This document shows positions 8,447 through 17,045 of a DNA stretch of 64,000 bases, one piece after another. The DNA is from Lachnospiraceae bacterium (GTDB lineage: Bacteria; Bacillota; Clostridia; Lachnospirales; Lachnospiraceae). The notes beneath the pieces are model-generated. The model made no database searches and was not told the origin of the DNA. It saw nothing but the letters and a program-made list of their open reading frames with translations. Every line of letters begins with the position of its first letter. Position 1 is the first letter of the stretch. A program made the position numbers and the translations under genes. The DNA lies in NCBI GenBank assembly GCA_017437785.1, contig JAFRXH010000027.1, positions 22,716-86,715 of the forward strand, read 5' to 3'.

Positions 8447-9910
8447 ATGACTTACGAACAAATGATACCGGAATTTTTTATGTCGGTTGTGCTGGGGACG
8501 ATCTCTGTTGTTATAGAGTTTCTGATGGTATTTAATATCCTGATGATATGCAGGTGTTTTTTTCTGCGTGATATAAAGATCAATAAAAAGCAATTTATCC
8601 TTCCGGGTATATATATGGTATTAAGATTGGGACTGGCTGTAGCAGTGAGTGTGGGATTCCTGATCGAAGTTCACAATAATCCTTCTGCAATATTTGTTTT
8701 GGATCTTGTATCGCCGGCAAGCAAGATCGTAAATCTGGTAAATAAGCTGGCGCTTGTTGCAGCGATCATATATGCAGCGGGGATGGCATACTCCAGGCAC
8801 AGACTGCTTCATGGAATAGAAACATACATAATTTTAGTTGTAGTCGAGACTTACATGCAGACAATCGCCATGTTCTCGCAGGCCTTTAATTCCGAGGATA
8901 TTCCGGGCTATCTGTTCCAGGATATGAATGGGCTGGCGACAGAGAATACAGGGTATAATATAGCCTATTTTACATTGGCGGTCGCTATTTTTGCAGCCAT
9001 GTATTTCGGCATGTACAGAAAAGGAAACAGTATGTATATAAGATGGCGCTACAGGATATTGTTTCTGGCCTGGGAGCTTACTCTTATCATGTCAGTGATG
9101 GTACCTGTGGACCGGGATACGACCAAAACGGAGATGTACACCATTATGGGAAGAACTTTGGGAGTGATATATCCTATACTGGGAATTGCTGTTCCCATTC
9201 TTATAGTGCTTGTTATATCACGAAAAAATATCATGGAAAAAAACCTTCTGCAGGAGAACTATATCGCGGCGGAGCTTGAGTATATAAGCCAGTACAAAAA
9301 AAGTCAGGAAGAGACCAGGGCATTCCGTCATGATGTGATCAATAATCTTTCACTGCTGTCTTCGATGATAAAAAACGATAAGAATAAAGAGGCGGATGCT
9401 TACCTTGAAGAAATGCTGGGAGAGGTGTGCGCCATGTCGCCTAAATATATTACAGGTGATGAGATGCTGGATTGCCTGGTCGGGATGAAGGTCTCCAGGA
9501 TGGAACAGAGCGGCATAAAATTCACTCTTGACGGGGTGGCTGACGGAGGACTTGGCATGAAGCCTGCGGAAATATGCAGCATATTTGCAAATGCCCTTGA
9601 TAACGCCATAGAAGCATGTGAAAGAGCGGATGAGGATAACAGACTCATAAAGTTTCAGATAAAAAAGTCGGGGCAGTTTTTCAATATAAAGCTTAGCAAT
9701 ACTTATACAGAGACGGATGGTAAATTAGACGTAGGAAAGCTGTTTAATGCAAAGGAGCGTATCACCTCCAAAGAGGATAAGAAGCTGCATGGTTATGGTA
9801 CCCAAAATATCAGATCGGCAGTGGAAAAGTATGATGGCATGATAAAGGCGGAAGCGGAGGGAGGAATGTATACTTTATCATTGATGCTTCCAAGACCCAT
9901 ATCGGCGTAG
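8447..9910 (+). CDS. GHKL sensor histidine kinase, AgrC/VirS-like (LytTR partner)
   Basis: Multi-TM N-terminus; H-box RAFRHDVINNL; N-box IFANALDNAIEA; G-box SKEDKKLHGYGT. Confidence 0.9.
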   Translation: MTYEQMIPEFFMSVVLGTISVVIEFLMVFNILMICRCFFLRDIKINKKQFILPGIYMVLRLGLAVAVSVGFLIEVHNNPSAIFVLDLVSPASKIVNLVNKLALVAAIIYAAGMAYSRHRLLHGIETYIILVVVETYMQTIAMFSQAFNSEDIPGYLFQDMNGLATENTGYNIAYFTLAVAIFAAMYFGMYRKGNSMYIRWRYRILFLAWELTLIMSVMVPVDRDTTKTEMYTIMGRTLGVIYPILGIAVPILIVLVISRKNIMEKNLLQENYIAAELEYISQYKKSQEETRAFRHDVINNLSLLSSMIKNDKNKEADAYLEEMLGEVCAMSPKYITGDEMLDCLVGMKVSRMEQSGIKFTLDGVADGGLGMKPAEICSIFANALDNAIEACERADEDNRLIKFQIKKSGQFFNIKLSNTYTETDGKLDVGKLFNAKERITSKEDKKLHGYGTQNIRSAVEKYDGMIKAEAEGGMYTLSLMLPRPISA

Positions 9911-9935
9911 GCAACGCTCTGCCATTTCAGACCTT

Positions 9936-10020
9936 TCGTGACGGGTTAAAATACAGTTTACGACAAAAAAATAACAATTAACGACAAATATCACCGAAAT
10001 CTTCTTGTGTGCGGTATAAA
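9936..10020 (+). promoter_or_regulatory. candidate LytTR-activated promoter
   Basis: ACGACAAA at 9960 and 9981 (21-bp period), degenerate GTGAC copy at 9938, then TATAAA at 10015-10020 with no good -35. Confidence 0.6.
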
Positions 10021-10071
10021 AGGATCATCGACAGGGTAACGCAAACAAGTAAAGAAAGGAGGTGATATTTT

Positions 10072-10635
10072 TTGTTTGCAGCTTCATATATAAAAGGCGG
10101 AAAGATATCGGATGTAAGGGTGAAAGACCTGGGCAGGATATTTAACCTGAGTATTTACAGATTTTCGGAAGATATGGAGTGTGTATATGAGCAATGCAGT
10201 AAACTGCTTAAAAGAAAAGGAAAAGTATACGCCGTGTTTTTTAAAAAGAAGCTGGTAGGGCTGTATATCCTTGAGTGTATAAGAGCCGACCTTTGCTTGA
10301 AACAAAAGCTCCTGATGCCTATGGACGAGCTGGTGGAAGCGGAGATCGATCAGGGAGTAAAGAGGCTTATACATAAAGAGATCCTTAAGGGAGAATATGA
10401 AGGAGCTGTCTTTGAAGGTAATGTGCTGGGCCTGGATGAAGAGGACAGAAATAAAAAGGTCAGCATAATGGTTCCGATAATCATCTGCATGACCAATCCG
10501 ATGATAGCGACTATAAGTACAAGTTTAGCCGGCAGCAGGGCCGGAGCAGTAGTATCGATCATTAATATCATAATGATAATGTATATAGCGATCATGGCAA
10601 AAAAAGGAGGAAAGAAAAATGAAAAAAGTTATTAA
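10072..10635 (+). CDS. hypothetical protein, soluble N-domain plus C-terminal membrane helices
   Basis: TTG start after strong SD AAGGAGGTGA; overlaps the next gene. Confidence 0.65.
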   Translation: MFAASYIKGGKISDVRVKDLGRIFNLSIYRFSEDMECVYEQCSKLLKRKGKVYAVFFKKKLVGLYILECIRADLCLKQKLLMPMDELVEAEIDQGVKRLIHKEILKGEYEGAVFEGNVLGLDEEDRNKKVSIMVPIIICMTNPMIATISTSLAGSRAGAVVSIINIIMIMYIAIMAKKGGKKNEKSY

Positions 10636-11518
10636 GAGCGCAGGTGTATGTTTGCTGTTCATACTGATGTATTTTGGCATACAGTTTTTAGTCAGTACGG
10701 TTATTAACGCTGTATCGGGGTATAAAGTTTCAGCCGCTCTTGTAGCGGAAGGCGTGGATGTTACAAGCGAAGAGTTTATGACCCTTTATTATGAAAGAGC
10801 TAATGAGTTCGTAGCAAAGAATCTTGGTATCGTAAGTTTTGTATCTTCACTTTTATCCTGCGCAGTGATCTTTCTGATAGCGCTTGGCAGTAAAAAGAAA
10901 GAAGCACGCAATGAAGGAAGAAGCTTAAGCGCCAAAGAAGCATTGGGCGGCGCAGCCAAAGAACTTGGGATAAGAAAGATATCAGCCGTAAAGACTGTTC
11001 TCTCAATACTTGCAGGCTTTGGACTTATAGCAGTGATCAATGGTGTTCTGTCTGTATTGCCTTTGCCGGAGTGGCTTATCAGTTCGTATTCATCGGCCTC
11101 TTCTGTTATAACAGGCAGTTCACTGATAGGGCAGATCATCGGCGTAGTGATAGCCCCGGCTCTGGCAGAAGAGATCCTTTTCAGGGGTGTGATACTTGGC
11201 AGGTTAAAGAGAGTAATGCCCGTTTGGAGCGCAGTGATCGTAAGTTCTCTTGCTTTCGCGCTTGTACACGGCAATCCCTTATGGATAGCATATACCTTTG
11301 TGATGGGGCTTTTAGTAGCAATGATCGATGTTAAGTATGATTCCATAGTACCCGGCATGATAATGCACTTTATGTTCAATCTGTACGGATGCCTTGCAGC
11401 AACGCTCATGCTTCCTTTGATAGTATATATCGGATACATCTTAATAGGCGCGGGGATCTTTGTTATGCTCCTTTCCGGCGGAATAAGCAGGAACAAAGAA
11501 AGAGCAGCACTCTGCTGA
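10619..11518 (+). CDS. CPBP (CAAX/Abi) intramembrane metalloprotease
   Basis: APALAEEILFRG, FALVH, and HFMFN motifs. Confidence 0.92.
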   Translation: MKKVIKSAGVCLLFILMYFGIQFLVSTVINAVSGYKVSAALVAEGVDVTSEEFMTLYYERANEFVAKNLGIVSFVSSLLSCAVIFLIALGSKKKEARNEGRSLSAKEALGGAAKELGIRKISAVKTVLSILAGFGLIAVINGVLSVLPLPEWLISSYSSASSVITGSSLIGQIIGVVIAPALAEEILFRGVILGRLKRVMPVWSAVIVSSLAFALVHGNPLWIAYTFVMGLLVAMIDVKYDSIVPGMIMHFMFNLYGCLAATLMLPLIVYIGYILIGAGIFVMLLSGGISRNKERAALC

Positions 11519-11632
11519 GATACCGATATACAGTTTAAAAGATTGTGATATAATATCCGGTATCGGAAGGATAGCTTCCGCTGCCGGATATGTTTATGTA
11601 CGGGACCGCGGAAGAGAATAATGAGGTGATGG

Positions 11633-12334
11633 ATGAGAATAGCAGTATGTGATGATGAAGAACGCTTCAGAGCTGATATACGGGATCATGTGGACAGGCT
11701 TTTTGGCAGTCTGGATGTGATGGTCGACAGCTACAGCAGTGCGCCGGATCTGATAGATAAGTTTGAAAAAAAGCCCTATGATCTGGTATTTTTGGATATA
11801 GAGATGCCCGGAATGAACGGGATAGAGGCGGCCAGGAGATTAAGGGAGCTCAGCGATAAGGTATATATAGTATTTCTTACGGGACATGTGGAATATGCGC
11901 TCGAAGGATATGAGGTAAACGCCCTAAGATATCTTACAAAGCCGGTAAATGAGGATAAGCTTAAGGAAGTGGTAAAATATGTATCCGATAAGATGAGCGA
12001 CGCGCGGCATATAAGGATAAGGGTGGACGGAGAGGATATTTTTGTAAATATCAGTGATATCTATTATTTTGAAGCACGTGATCAGTATGTGATGATATAT
12101 ACAAAAGATAAAGATTATCTGGTAAGATACAATCTTTCGGATTATGAAGAGGAACTTAAAAACGACGGCTTTTATAAAACCCACAGAAGCTATCTGGTAT
12201 CACTGGGAAAAGTAAAGAAACTTGCTAAGAATGAGGCTGTCATGGAAGGCGGAGGGGCGGTCCCGGTAAGCCGGGGCGCAGCATCAGGGCTTAAAGAAGC
12301 CCTGTATGCGTACCTGGAAAAAAACGCTTTCTGA
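11633..12334 (+). CDS. LytTR family response regulator
   Basis: Receiver domain (AVCDDE, VFLDIEMPGMNG, KP) plus LytTR domain (FYKTHRSYLV). Confidence 0.93.
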   Translation: MRIAVCDDEERFRADIRDHVDRLFGSLDVMVDSYSSAPDLIDKFEKKPYDLVFLDIEMPGMNGIEAARRLRELSDKVYIVFLTGHVEYALEGYEVNALRYLTKPVNEDKLKEVVKYVSDKMSDARHIRIRVDGEDIFVNISDIYYFEARDQYVMIYTKDKDYLVRYNLSDYEEELKNDGFYKTHRSYLVSLGKVKKLAKNEAVMEGGGAVPVSRGAASGLKEALYAYLEKNAF

Positions 12335-13141
12335 TCAGCGCTTTATATAAAACGCTTCCCGGCCTTCAGCTATTTCCCGGCCCAGATCTGAAGCATATTC
12401 TGTTATGCTGAAGTCAAGACCGGCATATTCTTCTGTAAGAAACGAAGGCTTTACCCGCTCAGCTATACGGTCAAACAGATCTTTTCTTAGCCTGTCGTGT
12501 TCTTCCTTTGAAGCAACCTTGGGAAAGCTGTTGTCTACTACGAGCACGAAGCCTGTGCTGTCTCCTTTTTTCATAGCCTGAAGATAAGCCTGTTTAACCG
12601 TTCCTTCCTCATCAAAGAATTCTTTAAGGATATTTACCAGTTCCTTTGGCTGTTCCTTCAGATCGGCTATCCTTATCTTATTGTTATCTTCATTATCATT
12701 AGCACTATATTCTTCGCCGTTTTTGATCTTTTTAAGGATCTCCCTTGAAATAATGATATTCTCACCGAAAGGATCGATAACAAGAGCATAGGGTCCGCCT
12801 TCGGAGGTGATCATATCGGTATACTGCTCCAAATGGCATACGATGGTCTGCAGTTTTTCTTCATGGCTGTATTTTGCCAGTTCTTCCCTGCTTGAAAAGG
12901 CCGGAAGAAGCGGTCTGTTATCAGAGTCCTTAAATGTTATGAAACTTATATGCGTTTTGCTTTTCCCGTCATTGTCGGCGACCATGGCAGGAGTCAGCAA
13001 AGTGGCCTTCTTTAGTATGCTGATAAAAGCAGCTTCGGCGGCAGAGCTTTTCTTTGCTTTTACATCTTTCATAGCCCGGACCAGCTCAGTATTATCCAGC
13101 TCGTCCAAAGTCACTTTTTTTATCTCTGTATCTGCACTCAT
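12335..13141 (-). CDS. sseB: SseB family protein (SseB N- and C-terminal domains)
   Basis: N-domain LLTPA...LLPAFSSREEL...LVIDPFG; C-domain IADLKEQPKELVNILKEFF...VKQAYL; SD GAAAGGA. Confidence 0.75.
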   Translation of the reverse strand: MSADTEIKKVTLDELDNTELVRAMKDVKAKKSSAAEAAFISILKKATLLTPAMVADNDGKSKTHISFITFKDSDNRPLLPAFSSREELAKYSHEEKLQTIVCHLEQYTDMITSEGGPYALVIDPFGENIIISREILKKIKNGEEYSANDNEDNNKIRIADLKEQPKELVNILKEFFDEEGTVKQAYLQAMKKGDSTGFVLVVDNSFPKVASKEEHDRLRKDLFDRIAERVKPSFLTEEYAGLDFSITEYASDLGREIAEGREAFYIKR

Positions 13142-13242
13142 TTTTAATTCCTTTCACGTAGTTTATAGTGGCTGTCAGATCGGATGGAATCTGAATACAC
13201 TGTCATCCGTGCCGTAGGTTTCATCATAGATCCGCTTTATGG

Positions 13243-13300
13243 TTGGCATATATATGCATAATGACCGTATAATTATATTATGCCATATATATATCGTCAA
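13243..13300 (-). promoter_or_regulatory. sigma-A promoter of sseB with downstream palindrome (ARG-box-like)
   Basis: Minus strand TTGACG (13300-13295), 17-bp spacer, TATAAT (13277-13272); perfect palindrome GCATATATATGC at 13246-13257. Confidence 0.65.
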
Positions 13301-13355
13301 CATCAGCGGCTGATACCCGCAGGCATTGTATCCGGGCTGCCTGTTTTATGCAGCG

Positions 13356-13391
13356 TTGAAGAAAATCGGCGAATCTGTTAGAATACGAACC
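13356..13391 (+). promoter_or_regulatory. sigma-A promoter with extended -10, start site predicted at the kinase ATG
   Basis: TTGAAG 13356-13361, 17-bp spacer, TG-n-TAGAAT 13376-13384; ATG at 13392 with no SD. Confidence 0.65.
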
Positions 13392-14198
13392 ATGAATGAG
13401 AAAGGGATCGTAAAGCTGCATACTCTCCGCAGGCTGGATATCGCCGGCAGTTCAAAGGGCGACCAGGAAAAGTATTATGACGAGGACAGGCATGCTTATA
13501 TAAAGCTTCCGTTTTACTACGAAGGGAAATACTGGAAGGATTATATGGTTGAGCATCTGTCGGGAAGGCTCTTTGAAGACGATTATACTCTGGGAATACA
13601 GATAGTCGATCAGGAGATCATTATGACGGATAAGGGGCTGCCGGCTGTCAGGTCCGCTGATTTTTGCGCCGATGATGAACAGTGGCTGTCAGTTGCGAGG
13701 ATCTTTGAGCGCTTCCGCGTATATCCGGAAGATGCAAAGAGCGGAGAAGAACGTCTGTGGCAGATCATGAATACTGCCGAAGAATACTGCGGCATTGATC
13801 TGTCTGCGTATCTTACGGTAATGTTTGTGGCGGATCTTCTGCTGTTGAATGAGGACAGGCATTACAATAATCTGGGACTCTTGTATACGGATTCGGGCAG
13901 TTTCGGCGTGGCTCCGCTTTTTGATTTCGGACTGGGGCTGTTTGAACACGGAAAGATCTACGAGAATAAGAGTCTTAAAGAGATAGAGCCTGAGAATATC
14001 AGACTGAGACCGCTTGGCGTTACAGGCCTTAAAGCATTGGATCTTATGGCTGATCTGGGCTATCGGGAAGATATAGCTTATGTGGTCTCGGGCATACGCA
14101 CAGAACTTGAAAGAGAACTCTTTCCTAATGATAACGGATACGAATGGTACGTATATATATCGGATAAGCTGAGGAAGACATATGAAAGGAAGATTTGA
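13392..14198 (+). CDS. HipA-like Ser/Thr kinase (kinase domain only, HipT/CtkA-like)
   Basis: SSKGDQEK loop, YIK catalytic Lys, DYMVEHL, catalytic loop LLLNEDRHYNN, APLFDFG Mg-binding motif; ATG 13392 preferred over TTG 13326. Confidence 0.85.
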   Translation: MNEKGIVKLHTLRRLDIAGSSKGDQEKYYDEDRHAYIKLPFYYEGKYWKDYMVEHLSGRLFEDDYTLGIQIVDQEIIMTDKGLPAVRSADFCADDEQWLSVARIFERFRVYPEDAKSGEERLWQIMNTAEEYCGIDLSAYLTVMFVADLLLLNEDRHYNNLGLLYTDSGSFGVAPLFDFGLGLFEHGKIYENKSLKEIEPENIRLRPLGVTGLKALDLMADLGYREDIAYVVSGIRTELERELFPNDNGYEWYVYISDKLRKTYERKI

Positions 14199-14496
14199 GC
14201 TTGGCAATCTGTCAGGCACCCTGATGAAAAATGATAAGCCTGTTTTGCGCTTTAGCTTTAATGACGGGGTTTTGCGGGATAAAGAGATAATAGATCCAAC
14301 CCTGCTGCCTTTTGATATGCTGGATGAAGTCTGCCAGCGCACGATAGAGAATTTCTTTTATTACAGGGCAACGCCGCTTTCAAGGCAGAGGCTTGATGAA
14401 AGCCTTGAGGAATACAATATCCCCGCCGAGTACGAGGCGATGATCAGAGCCGGCAAGGGGCGATGCGCGCACGATAAGTACTGGCTCGCCTGCTGA
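14182..14496 (+). CDS. stand-alone HipA N-terminal-domain-like (HipS-like) protein
   Basis: LMKNDKPVLRF...LLP...FFYYRATPLSRQRL...KGRCAHDKYW resembles the N-terminal region of clostridial HipA-like proteins; SD GAGG; 17-bp overlap with the kinase gene. Confidence 0.7.
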   Translation: MKGRFELGNLSGTLMKNDKPVLRFSFNDGVLRDKEIIDPTLLPFDMLDEVCQRTIENFFYYRATPLSRQRLDESLEEYNIPAEYEAMIRAGKGRCAHDKYWLAC

Positions 14497-14564
14497 GCGT
14501 AAGACTTGCAAAAATCCCAGTACTTGTTTAAAATACAGCTTTGTAATATCGGGAGGGCAGTGAT

Positions 14565-14798
14565 ATGCGTGAGATGGATTTTAAGATGGAAAGACCGGGA
14601 CTTCTTCAAGAAGGACAGGAAGTTACGGTGACAGAAGGATTACTGCCAAGCAGTTATTACTATACTATAGACCCTTCGCTGGCCATGTCAGCAAATTTCA
14701 AACTTCGTGACAGGCTGTATGTTAATAAAGGCAGGGTCACCAAAGTTCAGGAGACGCCAAGAGGATTCTATGTGACGGTAGAGTTTGATGATAAATGA
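14565..14798 (+). CDS. small hypothetical protein
   Basis: 77 aa, SD GGGAGG, own promoter TTGCAA(14506-14511)-N17-TAAAAT(14529-14534). Confidence 0.75.
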   Translation: MREMDFKMERPGLLQEGQEVTVTEGLLPSSYYYTIDPSLAMSANFKLRDRLYVNKGRVTKVQETPRGFYVTVEFDDK

Positions 14799-14841
14799 AT
14801 CCAGGCAGATCATAAACAGTTATTTAAGGAGGAACAGAAAG

Positions 14842-15219
14842 ATGAGAAAGATCAGCACGGAAAATGCACCCGCAGCCATCGGCCCTTATTCACAGGCTAT
14901 AGTAGCAGGGAATATGCTTTTTGCATCGGGGCAGATCCCCATTAACCCGGCTACCGGCAATATCGAGGCTGAGGGCATTGAGGCACAGGCGCAGCAGGCT
15001 ATAAAGAATGTAGGAGAGATACTTAAAGCAGCAGGCACCGACTATGCGCATGTTGTAAAGACCACCTGCTTTTTGGCGGATATGGCTGATTTTGCAGCAT
15101 TCAATGCAGTATACGAGAAGTATTTTACGGAGAAGCCGGCCAGAAGCTGCGTGGCTGTAAAGACCCTGCCTAAGAACGTTCTGTGCGAAGTGGAAGTGAC
15201 TGCTTATCTTGGGGATTGA
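14842..15219 (+). CDS. ridA: RidA family enamine/imine deaminase
   Basis: APAAIGPYSQA, SGQIP, PARSCV, EVE motifs; ATG 14842 after AGGAGG. Confidence 0.93.
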   Translation: MRKISTENAPAAIGPYSQAIVAGNMLFASGQIPINPATGNIEAEGIEAQAQQAIKNVGEILKAAGTDYAHVVKTTCFLADMADFAAFNAVYEKYFTEKPARSCVAVKTLPKNVLCEVEVTAYLGD

Positions 15220-15226
15220 GCAAAAC

Positions 15227-15257
15227 TTGCAAATTGCATAACTATGAGTTATATTAT
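15227..15257 (+). promoter_or_regulatory. argG promoter with ArgR ARG box
   Basis: TTGCAA 15227-15232; ATTGCATAACTATGAGTT at 15233-15250 matches AWTGCATRWWYATGCAWT at 15/18. Confidence 0.65.
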
Positions 15258-15383
15258 AGGGCGATATTTACGGGGAAGGAGCGCGTAAAGCACTGATCCC
15301 CGTGCTCCGGAGATTAAAAGATATCCGGAATGATACATTTAAGAGAAGCGCATCGGATAAGATGCAGTAAAGGAGCGAAAGAA

Positions 15384-16598
15384 ATGGCAAAGGAAAAAGT
15401 AATACTGGCATATTCAGGCGGGCTGGATACCACAGCCATCATACCCTGGCTTAAGGAAAATTTTGATTACGAAGTGATCTGCGTCTGCATCGACTGCGGA
15501 CAGGCAGAGGAGCTTGACGGACTTGAGGAGAGAGCTAAGTTTTGCGGAGCAGAGAAACTCTACATCCTTGATGTGACCGATGAGTTTGCAGAGCATTATA
15601 TCGTTCCCTGCGTACAGGCACACGCAGTATATGAGAACAAGTATCTTCTGGGTACTTCCATGGCACGCCCTCTTATCGCAAAGAAACTGGTTGAGATAGC
15701 GCGTAAGGAAGGTGCTGCTGCGATCTGCCACGGAGCTACCGGCAAGGGTAACGACCAGATCCGTTTTGAGCTGGGCATCAAGGCTCTGGCTCCCGATCTT
15801 AAGATAATAGCTGCATGGCGTAACGATAAGTGGACCATGGATTCACGTGAGTCCGAGATAGAGTACTGCAAGCAGCATGGCATCAATCTGCCTTTCTCTG
15901 CAGATTCTTCCTACAGCCGTGACCGTAACTTATGGCACATCAGCCATGAGGGCCTGGAGCTTGAGGACCCTGCAAACGAGCCTAATTTCGACCATCTGCT
16001 GGTACTGGGTGTTACACCCGAGAAGGCTCCCGATGAGGGCGAGTATGTTACCATCAGTTTTGAAAAGGGTGTTCCTACCGCTGTTAACGGCGAGAAGATG
16101 AAGGTAGCTGATGTTATCCGTAAGTTAAACGAGCTGGGCGGCAAGCACGGCATAGGTATCATTGATATAGTAGAAAACCGTGTTGTAGGTATGAAGAGCC
16201 GCGGCGTTTATGAGACACCGGGCGGAACCATCCTCTACGAGGCTCACCAGCAGCTTGAGGAGCTGATCCTGGATCGTGAGACCACCAAGACCAAGCTGGA
16301 TATGGGTAATCTTTTTGCTCAGATCGTATATGAAGGAAAGTGGTTCACACCTCTTCGTGAGGCTGTACAGGCTTTCATTGAGAGCACCCAGCAGTATGTT
16401 ACCGGTGAGGTTAAGTTCAAGCTCTACAAGGGCAATATCATCAAGGCGGGCGAGACTTCTCCTTACTCACTGTATAATGAGAGCATCGCTTCCTTTACTA
16501 CCGGTGATCTTTATAACCATCACGATGCAGAGGGCTTTATCAACCTCTTCGGACTTGCAAGCAAGGTTCGCGGCATGAAGCATCTTAACAAGGACTGA
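15384..16598 (+). CDS. argG: argininosuccinate synthase
   Basis: LAYSGGLDT, HGATGKGNDQIRFE, YSRDRNLWH, KSRGVYETPG motifs. Confidence 0.98.
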   Translation: MAKEKVILAYSGGLDTTAIIPWLKENFDYEVICVCIDCGQAEELDGLEERAKFCGAEKLYILDVTDEFAEHYIVPCVQAHAVYENKYLLGTSMARPLIAKKLVEIARKEGAAAICHGATGKGNDQIRFELGIKALAPDLKIIAAWRNDKWTMDSRESEIEYCKQHGINLPFSADSSYSRDRNLWHISHEGLELEDPANEPNFDHLLVLGVTPEKAPDEGEYVTISFEKGVPTAVNGEKMKVADVIRKLNELGGKHGIGIIDIVENRVVGMKSRGVYETPGGTILYEAHQQLEELILDRETTKTKLDMGNLFAQIVYEGKWFTPLREAVQAFIESTQQYVTGEVKFKLYKGNIIKAGETSPYSLYNESIASFTTGDLYNHHDAEGFINLFGLASKVRGMKHLNKD

Positions 16599-16609
16599 TA
16601 AAAGATCTG

Positions 16610-16639
16610 AGGGCGGGGAGTATCCCTGCCCTTTCTTTA
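16610..16639 (+). terminator. intrinsic terminator after argG
   Basis: AGGGCGGGGA / TCCCTGCCCT stem then TTCTTT. Confidence 0.65.
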
Positions 16640-16700
16640 TGCACAGGACCGCCGAAAGGAACGTGATCTTTGCCGCACGGCGAAGGATTTTTTGTGATCT

Positions 16701-16991
16701 ATGGACGTTATTAAGGTAATAATCATATATCTTCTGGCGGTAAATCTGCTGGGACTTCTGTTTATGGGACTGGATAAATGGAAGGCGGCCAACCACCGCT
16801 GGCGTATACCGGAGTCACACCTTTTCATATTAAGCATCATAGGCGGCAGCCTGGGAACTTTTATCGGGATGTATCTGTTTAGGCATAAGACCAAGAAATG
16901 GTATTTCCGCTGGGGATTTCCGCTGATACTGGGCATACATCTTGTCCTGGCGGCGTATATGATAGGATCGGGAAAATTTGTGATCATGTGA
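16701..16991 (+). CDS. DUF1294 family membrane protein
   Basis: DKWKA...WRIPE...GGSLG...FRHKTKK motifs. Confidence 0.9.
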   Translation: MDVIKVIIIYLLAVNLLGLLFMGLDKWKAANHRWRIPESHLFILSIIGGSLGTFIGMYLFRHKTKKWYFRWGFPLILGIHLVLAAYMIGSGKFVIM

Positions 16992-17045
16992 CCGGCGGGA
17001 ACAGCCATACCGGGCAGGCTGCCCGGGAATTTTTTTGGAGGCTTT

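Noticed and set aside
13175-13249. 24-codon upstream ORF (MPTIKRIYDETYGTDDSVFRFHPI) in the sseB leader, minus strand
   Set aside because: No SD and no amino-acid enrichment typical of a leader peptide; cannot be distinguished from chance without ribosome profiling.
16990-17045. Possible c-di-AMP (ydaO) riboswitch before trkA
   Set aside because: The gap is only about 55 nt and holds a simple GC hairpin; no ydaO consensus.
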